A stretch of 64,000 nt of DNA, taken from NCBI GenBank assembly GCA_040220235.1, contig JAVJTO010000030.1; one strand, given 5' to 3'. Positions 1 through 9,107 of this stretch are shown piece after piece; within the stretch, counting starts at the first letter, position 1; each line of letters begins with the position of its first letter. A model generated the notes under the pieces. The model searched no databases. It saw only the letters and a list, made by a program, of their open reading frames with translations, and was not told where the DNA came from. The position numbers and the translations under genes are program-made. The DNA is from Coleofasciculus sp. B1-GNL1-01 (GTDB lineage Bacteria; Cyanobacteriota; Cyanobacteriia; Cyanobacteriales; Coleofasciculaceae).

Positions 1-1344
1 GCTCGATTGAGTCCGATAAGTTCGTCTCCTTTGCTCAGTTGACCGACTTGGGTTTGACAGGCGCTGAGAACAACTAAGTTGGTGGCTTGTCTTAAATCGA
101 GTTGGTAAATCTCATGGACTTCTAAGCGACCATCATAACTGTTATCAGGGGCAAGACGCAGAGTGCTGAATAAGGGACTATGGGGGTTATATTCACCATG
201 AGTGGCTAAGTGTAAAATACCAGCTTGATTGGCTTGTGACCTTATGGCACGTTCTGTGGCTTGTCTGCCTAATAGGGGTTGAGTGACGTGTGACCTCCTC
301 CTACACTAAATCTTGCGATTATAGTGTAGGCTTCCTTACCTCACGATAAGGCTTTCCTGGTTATTTCCCTTGCGGGTATTTCACCACTTACCTAGTCACA
401 CCCAATTGCAAGAGATATGACCCCGGCAGACCGATTGCCCAGGCAGTTTCCATTCCGCACAGCCCATGCGTACTTGCTACCAATTGAACTGGAAGCTTTT
501 ACACCTAAGTACTGCTTTCGTTTTTACCCAGCTACAGCGTCGAACATACCGCGCTCAACATTTTTAGCTGGAACCCCTTAACGGAAGATTGTCAAGGTTC
601 AGACTAGTTTATGCCGTTTGCGCTGTTCACCACGCTACTTATGACGTGTCCGTTTGAGTCAAGGCAACCGTTAGTTATTCGGTAGATTGATACTATCATT
701 TCTGACAAAAACAAGCAAGAAAGCTTCGACTTTATTTGTTAATTTTAGGGATATTGAATCCCGTAAAATTAAATTGGGAGAGTCCATGTATCCCAACGCT
801 GACAGCAAGAGTACAGCGTGGGTCTTATAGCTCCCCCTCTCCCCCCACAAGAAGATAAATCGGAGATTTTCTCAACTTCTTGTTTGGCAAACGGTAAGTC
901 TAGAGTTGGGTTTCCTAGCGCCATGAGTTCGCCAGAGTCGGGTTTGCGTTTGTCTTGAAGAAAGCGCAGCATACTGGCACTGGGCAGGTTAAATAGGGTA
1001 TAGTTGTCAACCAAATAGTCTTTACCGTCACTGAGAGCTGGGAAGGGAAGATAGTGAAGTACGTTATGGGGGACGAGAGAAACCTTTGAGGTAGAGATGT
1101 GGGGTTGTAAGGGCGCAATTAACCACTGATGCAGTTGGGTTAAACTCTGAGGATGTTGACTGCTGAGTGTGGCAAAGTCATACTCGTAAAATCTCTGAAT
1201 CGCCTCTTGCAGGGCTTGTTTACTGACATCCAAGGTTACGGGGGTGAGTGTATCGCGAGTGATGACAAAGGCTAAGGTGCGGTTGTCGGTGACGAAATAC
1301 TCAACTAAGGTTGTATCGGTGTCTAGTAAACGTTGATCATCGCC
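1..1344 (-). pseudogene. CHAT (caspase-like) domain gene remnant; 5'-truncated and interrupted by an insertion at 290-854; runs off the window start
   Basis: The 855-1344 piece reads QRLLDTDTTLVEYFV..LHQWLIAPL..LVPHNVLHYLPFPAL..DLPFAKQEVEKISDL. The 1-289 piece reads VTQPLLGRQATE..LHLATHG..VVLSACQT (catalytic His/Cys motifs). Removing 290-854 joins them in frame (DL-Y-VTQ). There is no start codon, and the frame is closed upstream by the stop of the neighbouring kinase gene. Confidence 0.85.
290..854 (-). mobile_element. Non-autonomous IS200/IS605-family (PATE-like) element, probably encoding an omegaRNA
   Basis: Inserted directly 3' of TTTAT with no target duplication. Left-end hairpin CCCACGCTG..CAGCGTTGGG. 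Right-end hairpin CCTACACTA-TAATCGCAAGATT-TAGTGTAGG followed by AGGAGGTCAC. No long ORF inside. Confidence 0.8.
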
Positions 1345-2658
1345 TTAGGCTACTCTTGGGGAAGGCTTCGCTAACTCACCCGACTTTAAGGATTCTGGTG
1401 ACAGTTCAGAACCTACAGGAATCGTCACAATAAATGTTGTTCCTTTGCCTACTTCACTGTCTACCGCAATTTCACCCTGATGGCGTTCTACGCATTTTTT
1501 GACAATCGCTAATCCTAATCCCGTTCCCGATATTGTCCCCACATTACTGCTGCGATAAAAGGCATCAAATAATTGAGCTTTCTCTTTTTCGGGAATCCCA
1601 ATTCCTTGGTCTTTAATCGTGAACTTGACCTGATCAGCATCAAAAAACAGGTCAAATTGTACCGTTCCTCCCTCTGGGGAATACTTAATCGCATTTGACA
1701 GTAAATTGGTTAAAAATTGTCGTAATAGTTTCTCATCAAGACCAACCCAGCGTGATCTACCTTGACAGCGAAACCCAATTTGATGGGGCGTTTTCACCGT
1801 CAGTTGTAATTCTTCCACTAATTCTTGGCAAAATGCCTCTAAATCCAGAGAGACAGGTTTAAATTCCAGTTTACCTGCTTCCGCTTTATTAATTAATAAT
1901 ACATCACTAATTAACTGGGTCATGTGGTGGATTGTATTTTGAATCCGTTGGAAATGCCGCTGCTTTTTATCCTCCTGCCATTTATGACCGTAATGTTGCA
2001 GTAATTCGCTGGATGAGAGAATCGTGGCTAAGGGGGTGCGATATTCATGGGAGACGACGGAGATAATATTGGATTTGAGTTCACTGAGTTCTTTTTCTTT
2101 AGTTAAACTCTGGCGCAGTTCAGCTTCTAAGTGCTGGCGCTGGGCAATTTCTTGTTGTAAGTCATGATTTTTTTGTCGCAATTCTTCCGTTTGTTTAGCC
2201 ACGCGACATTCGAGTTCCTCATTAAGCTGTTGGAGTTTCTCCTCACTCTGGCGCAGCCGTTTTAAGGTTTGCGATCGCTCAATGGCATGGCGAATGGAAC
2301 GAGTCAGTAATTCATGATCAATTTTGCCTTTAACTAGATAATCTTGCGCCCCTTGGCGTAATGCTTCTAAGGCAGTCACTTTATCATTTAATCCCGTGAG
2401 AACCACAATCGGTAAATCGGGGACAGTTTCATGGGTTTTTGCCACAGTTCCTAATCCTTGTTTGTCGGGAAGCGATAAATCTAATAACACGACATCAAAG
2501 TCGTTGTTTTGTACTGTTGATAACGCCGCTTTGAGTTGTTCAACGTGCGTCAGTGACCAAGGCATTTCGTCGGCGTCTTCCAGAATTTCTTGCAACAGAT
2601 CCGCATCAGCCGGGTTATCTTCGACTAGCAATATTTTTATGGGCGGGGATATAGACAT
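1345..2658 (-). CDS. Hybrid response regulator / sensor histidine kinase (REC-coiled coil-HisKA-HATPase)
   Basis: KILLVEDN..LLDLSLPD receiver; SHEYRTPL H-box; NLLSNAIKYS, DQGIGI and GTGLGL boxes. Start placed at the ATG of MSISPP. Confidence 0.93.
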   Translation of the reverse strand: MSISPPIKILLVEDNPADADLLQEILEDADEMPWSLTHVEQLKAALSTVQNNDFDVVLLDLSLPDKQGLGTVAKTHETVPDLPIVVLTGLNDKVTALEALRQGAQDYLVKGKIDHELLTRSIRHAIERSQTLKRLRQSEEKLQQLNEELECRVAKQTEELRQKNHDLQQEIAQRQHLEAELRQSLTKEKELSELKSNIISVVSHEYRTPLATILSSSELLQHYGHKWQEDKKQRHFQRIQNTIHHMTQLISDVLLINKAEAGKLEFKPVSLDLEAFCQELVEELQLTVKTPHQIGFRCQGRSRWVGLDEKLLRQFLTNLLSNAIKYSPEGGTVQFDLFFDADQVKFTIKDQGIGIPEKEKAQLFDAFYRSSNVGTISGTGLGLAIVKKCVERHQGEIAVDSEVGKGTTFIVTIPVGSELSPESLKSGELAKPSPRVA

Positions 2659-2663
2659 TGTTG

Positions 2664-3101
2664 TTACTCCGAAGGTAGTTGAACCACAGCTAACCAAAAG
2701 GCTTCAATCAGTTTGACAACTGACATAAATTGTTCGACATCAATGGGTTTGGTGACATAACAGTTGCCATTCAATTCGTAGGTTTTCAGGATATCTCTCT
2801 CAGCGGCTGATGTAGTCAGAATAATCACCGGAATCCGCTTGAGTTGGGAATCCGCTTTAATTTCTGCTAAAACCTCGCGTCCATCTTTTTTGGGCATATT
2901 CAGGTCAAGCAAGATTAAATCTGGGCGGGGAACATCGCTATATTGACCTTGGCGTCGTAAAAAAGTTAGGGCTTCCACACCATCTTCAACCCAGTGTAAA
3001 TTGTTGAGAACTCTGGCTTCACTAAAAGCGTCAACGGTGAGATCAGCATCGCTGGGAGAGTCTTCAACCAGGAGAATTTCTATCGGTCGAATTGTCTTCA
3101 T
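2664..3101 (-). CDS. Single-domain response regulator (Rcp1-like)
   Basis: EILLVEDS..PDLILLDLNMPKKDGREVL..ILTTS..YVTKP; sits directly downstream of a Cph1-type kinase module. Confidence 0.92.
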   Translation of the reverse strand: MKTIRPIEILLVEDSPSDADLTVDAFSEARVLNNLHWVEDGVEALTFLRRQGQYSDVPRPDLILLDLNMPKKDGREVLAEIKADSQLKRIPVIILTTSAAERDILKTYELNGNCYVTKPIDVEQFMSVVKLIEAFWLAVVQLPSE

Positions 3102-3152
3102 AAACGTTAGGGTCATGATGAATGATGAATTTAATAGTGGTAGATTGGACAA

Positions 3153-6131
3153 TTAAACTGGAATCGTGAAATAAAACTTTGTGCCAATCCCTAACTCAGA
3201 ATCGACCCAAATTCGTCCTCCATGACGTTCGACAATTTTCTTACAGATAGCCAAACCAATTCCGGTTCCAGGATAGTCGCGGCGAGAATGTAAACGCTGA
3301 AATATGGTAAAAATGCGCTCTAAATATTCCGATTCCATACCAATCCCATTATCCTGAACCACAAACGTCCATTCATTTCCCTGATTTTGGGCAGAAATAT
3401 GGACATTTGGTGGGGTTTCACGGCGAAATTTAATCGCGTTACCGATGAGGTTTTGGAAGAGTTGAGTTAATTGAGTTGGATCAGCAATGACAGTGGGTAA
3501 GGCGTCATAAGTAACCATTGCTTGAGTTTCTGCGATCGCGACGTTTAAATTCTCCATTGCTTGTCGGATAATGGTCTCACTATCCGTGGGTTGTAGGGGT
3601 TTTCCTCGTGTTCCTACCCGTGAAAATTCCAGCAGATCATTAATTAATTGCTGCATCCGTGTCGCCCCGTCCATAATGTAATGGAGGTATTTATCCGCTT
3701 TGGCATCGAGTTGGTTTTGATACTTGCGGCTGAGAAGTTGGGCGTAACTATTGACGGCGCGTAAGGGTTCTTGTAAATCGTGAGAGGCGACATAAGCAAA
3801 CTGTTCTAAGTCGCGATTGGATTGCCATAATTCTTGATTGAGTTCTTTGAGTTTTTCTTTGGCTTGCTTGCGTTCCGTGACGACTTCGGTGTTCATAATA
3901 ATGCCGCTAATGTCGCCACTATTGCCAATCCAAGGACGGATTTCCCAGGAAATCCATTGCGTTTCACCATTAGCGCGGATAAATAAGTCTTCCTCACATT
4001 GTTCACTTGCCCCTTGGAGACAGCGGTGATGGATTTGTTTCCAAGTATCGGGGATTTCGGGAAAGAGTTCGTAGTGATTTTTGCCGATAATCTCTTGATT
4101 TTCTAAGGTGTAATCCTCTAACCAACGGCGACTGACTAACTGATAATTCATCTGCTTATCAAACATCGCGATCGCGGCGGGGGTATATTCTAGAAGTAGC
4201 CGCAGCATTTCGGCATTATGGCGCAAGGCTGTTTCAGTTTGTTTGGCTTCCGTAATATCTTGTACCAGGGACAAAATAGAAACCATATTACCCGATTCAT
4301 CTAAAAGGGCAGATTCGTACCATTGACAAATCACGACTCTCCCATCTTTGGTCAGATTGCGATTTTGGTAGACAACACTGGAGGTACTCCCATCCAGTAA
4401 CCCACTCATTTCTTGGCGGACAATTTCAATATCGTCAGGATAAATAAACTGCCAATCACCTGAACGCTTTCCGAATACCTCCGACGTCGTCCAACCAAAG
4501 ATTTTTTCCGCTTGTTTTGACCAACGCTGCACCCGGAACTGGTTATCCCATTCCACGACAGCTAAGGGAGAATTCTCGACATGGAATCCCAAGCGTTGAT
4601 GGGCGTCTTGTAAGGCTTTGGTTTGTTGCTTGAGGATAAGTTCGGCGTGTTTCTTTTCAGTAATATCCGTCCAAAAGCCGACCATTTCTAAAGGGTTTCC
4701 GGCTTCGTCACAAATCAGTTTCAGTTCATCATGCATCCAGCGGTAAGTGCCATGCTGATGTAAGAAGCGGTATTCATGAACATGATGTCCCGTGTCAAAA
4801 ATTTTGGGCAAATTGGCACAAACGCGGGGGACATCTTCGGGGTGAATATGGTTGACCCAAAACGGCGGGTTTGTGATAAAGTTTTGGGCAGAGTATCCCA
4901 CCACCGTTGCTGTATTATCACTCATAAACGTGATGTCATAGTTTCCGGAAACCTGGCGACTATAGAGTACCGCCGGACTATGAGATAGGAGATAACGCAA
5001 GCGTTCTTGAGTCAGCCGCAATGTAGACAGGGTACGTTTGCGATCGCTAATATCCCGATTTGACCCAACAATCCGATAAGGCTTACCATTAGCATCGCGT
5101 AAACTCGCGCCACGGGACAAAATCCAGCGGTAATTCCCCTCTTTATCCAGGAGACGATGTTCTAGTTCTAAGCTGGGGGTTAATCCGTCAATATAGTCTT
5201 GAAATGTCGCCAATACCCGTTCCCGATCGCCTGGATGAATCCGATTCAACCACTCAGTAAAGCGATCGGAAATTTCATCGACGTGATACCCTAAAGTTTG
5301 ACTCCAACGGGGAGAATAGTAAACCTGATCGGTTAGCAAATTCCAATCCCAAAGTCCATCATTGGATCGTTCTGCTACCAGTTCATACCGTTCTTGAGTT
5401 TCTTGAAGAATGGCTTGAGTCTGCTTCTGTTCAGTAATATCGCATCCCACCGCATAAATTAACCCTTTAGCCGGAAATGAGGCGCTATTCCAAGCTAACC
5501 AACGATAGGAACCATCTTGACAGCGATAGCGATTCTCAAATTGAATGGATGTTGTACCCGTCGCCAGTTTTTCTATTTCAGTTAAGGTGGCGACGCGATC
5601 ATCGGGATGAACCAATTCTAGAAAGGGTTGAGTTAAAAGTTCCGCTAGGGGATAGCCGAGAATCCTTTCAAAGGCGGGATTCACTCGTTTGAAATACCCA
5701 TCGCTTCCCGCAATCGCCATGAGATTAATGGACATATTGAAAAAGCGATCCAATTCACAGTCTCCGGGGAGTGAATCAGTAATTTCTCTGGCGACAGCAT
5801 ACCCATATCCCGCCTCATCAGAGTTCCATGTCCACTCTAGCCAGTGGTAGTTCCCTTGGTCGTGGCGATAACGGTTCCGAAAAGAAACAGGAACCTCTTG
5901 CTTGGCTAAAGCCGTCAGCGTGGCGGTAACATCCTCTGGATGGACAAGTTCAATCCAATGGCGCGATCGCACTTTTTCCGGTGTCCACCCCAAAACCTTG
6001 CACCAAGCGGGGTTGAGTTGTCCAATCCTGCCATCAGGTTCAATAATACAGAAGAGATCGGCTGAGTAATGGAAAAAAGCTTGCCATTGAGGGTCAGATT
6101 GAATTAATCTATGCTGCACGGGATTGCCCAT
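3153..6131 (-). CDS. Multi-PAS/PAC sensor histidine kinase
   Basis: Repeated PAS/PAC motifs (VHPED, VHPDD, IHPGD); FAYVASHDLQEPLR H-box; NLIGNAIKF; GTGIGL. Confidence 0.93.
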   Translation of the reverse strand: MGNPVQHRLIQSDPQWQAFFHYSADLFCIIEPDGRIGQLNPAWCKVLGWTPEKVRSRHWIELVHPEDVTATLTALAKQEVPVSFRNRYRHDQGNYHWLEWTWNSDEAGYGYAVAREITDSLPGDCELDRFFNMSINLMAIAGSDGYFKRVNPAFERILGYPLAELLTQPFLELVHPDDRVATLTEIEKLATGTTSIQFENRYRCQDGSYRWLAWNSASFPAKGLIYAVGCDITEQKQTQAILQETQERYELVAERSNDGLWDWNLLTDQVYYSPRWSQTLGYHVDEISDRFTEWLNRIHPGDRERVLATFQDYIDGLTPSLELEHRLLDKEGNYRWILSRGASLRDANGKPYRIVGSNRDISDRKRTLSTLRLTQERLRYLLSHSPAVLYSRQVSGNYDITFMSDNTATVVGYSAQNFITNPPFWVNHIHPEDVPRVCANLPKIFDTGHHVHEYRFLHQHGTYRWMHDELKLICDEAGNPLEMVGFWTDITEKKHAELILKQQTKALQDAHQRLGFHVENSPLAVVEWDNQFRVQRWSKQAEKIFGWTTSEVFGKRSGDWQFIYPDDIEIVRQEMSGLLDGSTSSVVYQNRNLTKDGRVVICQWYESALLDESGNMVSILSLVQDITEAKQTETALRHNAEMLRLLLEYTPAAIAMFDKQMNYQLVSRRWLEDYTLENQEIIGKNHYELFPEIPDTWKQIHHRCLQGASEQCEEDLFIRANGETQWISWEIRPWIGNSGDISGIIMNTEVVTERKQAKEKLKELNQELWQSNRDLEQFAYVASHDLQEPLRAVNSYAQLLSRKYQNQLDAKADKYLHYIMDGATRMQQLINDLLEFSRVGTRGKPLQPTDSETIIRQAMENLNVAIAETQAMVTYDALPTVIADPTQLTQLFQNLIGNAIKFRRETPPNVHISAQNQGNEWTFVVQDNGIGMESEYLERIFTIFQRLHSRRDYPGTGIGLAICKKIVERHGGRIWVDSELGIGTKFYFTIPV

Positions 6132-6532
6132 GAGAAGTCTTATCCTAGAAGCGGTTATACAGGGATGGTTTCCTTAATTTTCACCACTTTTAGACAAACT
6201 GTTGACCGAGAAAGTACCCAATTCCTTGAGGATGGCGTAGAGTCCTTCGGTGAAATCACGGATACTGGTTCGTAGTTCGTAGTTCGTAGTAGGGGCTTTA
6301 GCCCCTAATTGTATTAGTTTCTGGGCGTAATTCTAATCTGTTAAATTAGATAGACCGTAGGATGAGCATTGCCCACCAGCCAAAATTTCAGTACCATTCT
6401 ACCTAATGGAATTATACAGCTAAATTAGTGGAATAGATTTTAGAATTAAATCGGGCGCACGTCGGTCATCCGTGTCAACTTAGAGTGAAAAGCTTTCTGT
6501 GTGAAATTTGAATATCGTTACCTTGAAAATAA

Positions 6533-6616
6533 CCCCCCTTAATCCCCCCTTGCTAAGGGGGGAAACGTTCCCTCCCGGTTCCCTCCCCTTTAAAAGGGGA
6601 GGGTTAGGGTGGGGTC
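6533..6616. repeat. Pair of C/G-tract palindromic repeats (CCCCCTT..AAGGGGG type)
   Basis: CCCCCCTTGCTAAGGGGGG and CCCTCCCCTTTAAAAGGGGAGGG; related copies at about 38605-38648 and 38731-38762. Confidence 0.7.
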
Positions 6617-6784
6617 AGATCACGTTAGGCAACCTATTTGCCTGGTTATTAGAATAGGACGATTTATTAAACTGAAGTTCCCCCCAGCACAAAATAACGG
6701 AACGACTGGGTAAGTATTTGAACCCGTTTTAACGGGTTTAAGCTTTTAGCCAGAACTTTAGTTCAGGGCTTAATTATTGCCGCT

Positions 6785-7021
6785 TCATGTCACCTCCTGA
6801 ATCAGCTTTTCCAAATAAGTTTGAGCTTCATCAGGCGACATCAGTAACGCCTCACCCTGACGCAGAATTTCATATTTACCCTTATGATAACCATGACCTG
6901 CAATTAGCCCCAATTGAACCGCTTGATTCCCCAATTGAGTCAAATTGTTAATACTAATTGAATCCAACTCTTGATTAAGCTTTTGTCTGATAAAATCTTC
7001 GTTCATCGTCTTCTCCGGCAT
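6785..7021 (-). CDS. Small hypothetical protein
   Basis: 78-aa ORF with ATG start, co-directional and downstream of the DUF4255 gene. Confidence 0.65.
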   Translation of the reverse strand: MPEKTMNEDFIRQKLNQELDSISINNLTQLGNQAVQLGLIAGHGYHKGKYEILRQGEALLMSPDEAQTYLEKLIQEVT

Positions 7022-7078
7022 AAAGGATAACCAACTAGCACAAATTTAGAATGTCTAAAGCAATGAACAATCAACCAT

Positions 7079-8422
7079 TCAAATCGATATTCTCGGACCC
7101 ACATACTGATTAAATGTCGAACTATCCGGTTCAGTATCCACAATCAGCGGACTTTCTGCACCATCAACCAACAAACGAACTAAATAGCGTCCTCCTTTCA
7201 TCCGTTCCACGGGGAAAGAAACCCAAATTACATCTGTCTGGCGAGGAGACGCTTCAAACAAATAAGCCGCTGGTTGATTCGTATCAATTTCATTCAGGGC
7301 TAACAAAACGCGCTGCTTTTTACCTACGGTTAAATTGGAACGTACCCGTATTTCCGCAGACCGCAAATCTTCATCATCAACTTCTTTTTTGGATACCGTG
7401 GTTTTGGTAATCGTGGGACGAATCACCAACGGAGATACATTCGACTGAATACTAGAAACAAAGGTTTGCGGCTGATTAACCGTTTGCATCTGACCCCCAT
7501 TCCCACTTGTCTGACTCGCCCCATTACCATTATTCGATGTAGGTGGCATCACTTTGGCAAGACGATGCACCACTTGCAGACTATGCATTCCCGCCTGTAA
7601 CGAATCAGTGGGTATAGAGGACAGGGGTAATACAATTTGGGTATCGGTAATTTCACTGGGGGTGACTTCCATTTCCCCAATCCAAACTTGGGTGATATCG
7701 CTTTTTAAATGGTTTCCTTGAATTAAGACAGTACTGTCAGCTAATATGGGTTCCAATCGTCCAGCTTGAGAAATGATCCGCTCAATCTTCGGCTGATTAG
7801 TAAAGGGAACGATTCCATCTAAGGAACGAGCGCGTACTGGCAAAGGTCTACTGCCAGCTTCTTGCCCTTCCAGCATAATCACCCTAGCCCGATACGCCAC
7901 CGATAACAAGTAAGTGGTTTGAAAAAAAGCTGACCAGGCTTTGGATAAATCTTCTAGGGACAAATCGAGGGGCCACAGGGAGATTTCTTGGATCTGATCC
8001 GGTAAGTCAGACTCTAATAAATAAGAATAAGTAGAATCATGGAGAGTCCGCTCAATCCTCTCTTTTTTCAGAGTACGCCAGTCGTTAAGTCCACCCATTA
8101 CACTACCCATCAATCGTTGCGGTTGTAAGTCGTTGTCATTGCCGTAGAAACTAATCATGTAATGTAAGTCTAGGGCAGTTTGCGATCGCTTAGCACCTGG
8201 GTTTCTCCGACTGCGGGCTTGTACTTCAGCCTGTTGACGCCACGCATGGTTAATCTGAACCTGGTAGAGAAAGACATTCACACCCACTTGGGGAGTCGCT
8301 GTTCCCACTTCATTGGGTCGTAATGTGGTCACCGTCGCCCCACTAATATCGTTCTGAATCGACGTCTGTACGATTCGTTGTAGAGTGGCGGTTACGGTAG
8401 CAATGGCTAAAGAATTACTCAT
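7079..8422 (-). CDS. DUF4255 / Pvc16(Afp16)-like protein with IPT/TIG-like beta domains
   Basis: N-terminal MSNSLAIATVTATLQ..VNVFLYQV..LDLHYMISFYG..LSLEDLSKAWSAFFQTTYLLSVAY pattern matches DUF4255 proteins of contractile injection system loci (recognised from memory). Confidence 0.75.
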   Translation of the reverse strand: MSNSLAIATVTATLQRIVQTSIQNDISGATVTTLRPNEVGTATPQVGVNVFLYQVQINHAWRQQAEVQARSRRNPGAKRSQTALDLHYMISFYGNDNDLQPQRLMGSVMGGLNDWRTLKKERIERTLHDSTYSYLLESDLPDQIQEISLWPLDLSLEDLSKAWSAFFQTTYLLSVAYRARVIMLEGQEAGSRPLPVRARSLDGIVPFTNQPKIERIISQAGRLEPILADSTVLIQGNHLKSDITQVWIGEMEVTPSEITDTQIVLPLSSIPTDSLQAGMHSLQVVHRLAKVMPPTSNNGNGASQTSGNGGQMQTVNQPQTFVSSIQSNVSPLVIRPTITKTTVSKKEVDDEDLRSAEIRVRSNLTVGKKQRVLLALNEIDTNQPAAYLFEASPRQTDVIWVSFPVERMKGGRYLVRLLVDGAESPLIVDTEPDSSTFNQYVGPRISI

Positions 8423-9095
8423 GATGACTCAGAGGTTTCCACGGTTGACGATTGACAGTTGGCATCTAATCTGCTAATACACGCTTGAAACAATTGACCT
8501 GATCCACAGGGACAGGGGCGAGTGCTAACACCTTGAGCAAATAGGGGATTAAATGAAGATAGATCATCAAAATAATCGGCTGGTGGTTCAGTATAGCCCT
8601 ACGGGGATACGTTAGGACATTCCCCTGTTGCCTATTGCCTGTTGCCTGTTGCCTTTTCACCCAATTGTATTGTCCTAACCTTAATGCGTAGTGCTATATC
8701 TACAAGCACTTTAGCTTGGTCTAACTGAGGGATACACTCGATCAACTGTGACCCTATTTTTACCTGAACAGCGGTTTCTGACAAGGGGAAGACAAATTGA
8801 TGGTCATTTTGCAACCCTTGGATGCGTTCCAGGGTTTCCGACAACTGAAGCGGCGGACTATTTGTCACTAATACAACGGTGTTACCTACATTTAAGGGAC
8901 AGAGATAAACCGGGGCAAATGCGGCTTGAATGGTTTTTACTTGGTCAGCATAAAATCGTTCTTGTTGAAACAGATTCACCGCCAAAACCCCATTCTCAGA
9001 CAGGTGAGTTTGGCAGAGTTGATACAAGTCTTGAGTGGCTAACCAATAGGGTGTGTAACCGTTGCCGATAATAGCGTCGGTGAAATTGAAATAAA
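8419..9095 (-). pseudogene. Remnant of a spermidine-synthase-like SAM methyltransferase with a C-terminal SEC-C motif; 5'-truncated and MITE-disrupted
   Basis: TDAIIGNGYTPYWLATQDLYQLCQTHLSENGVLAVNL. After removing the MITE at 8594-8696 plus one TA, the frame continues VD-TEPPADYF..RPCPCGSGQLFQAC to TGA at 8419-8421. Confidence 0.7.
8594..8696. mobile_element. MITE with TA target duplication and imperfect terminal inverted repeats
   Basis: TA|TAGCCCTACG..GTTAGGACA ... TGTCCTAAC..CGTAGTGCTA|TA, with internal (TGTTGCC)n heptamers; excision restores a reading frame. Confidence 0.85.
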
Positions 9096-9107
9096 TGTTT
9101 TTTTGAG

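Noticed and set aside
290..854. Self-splicing group I intron / IStron interrupting the CHAT gene
   Set aside because: The insert ends in TCAC rather than the terminal G required by group I introns, I could not identify a catalytic core, and the host gene is already truncated.
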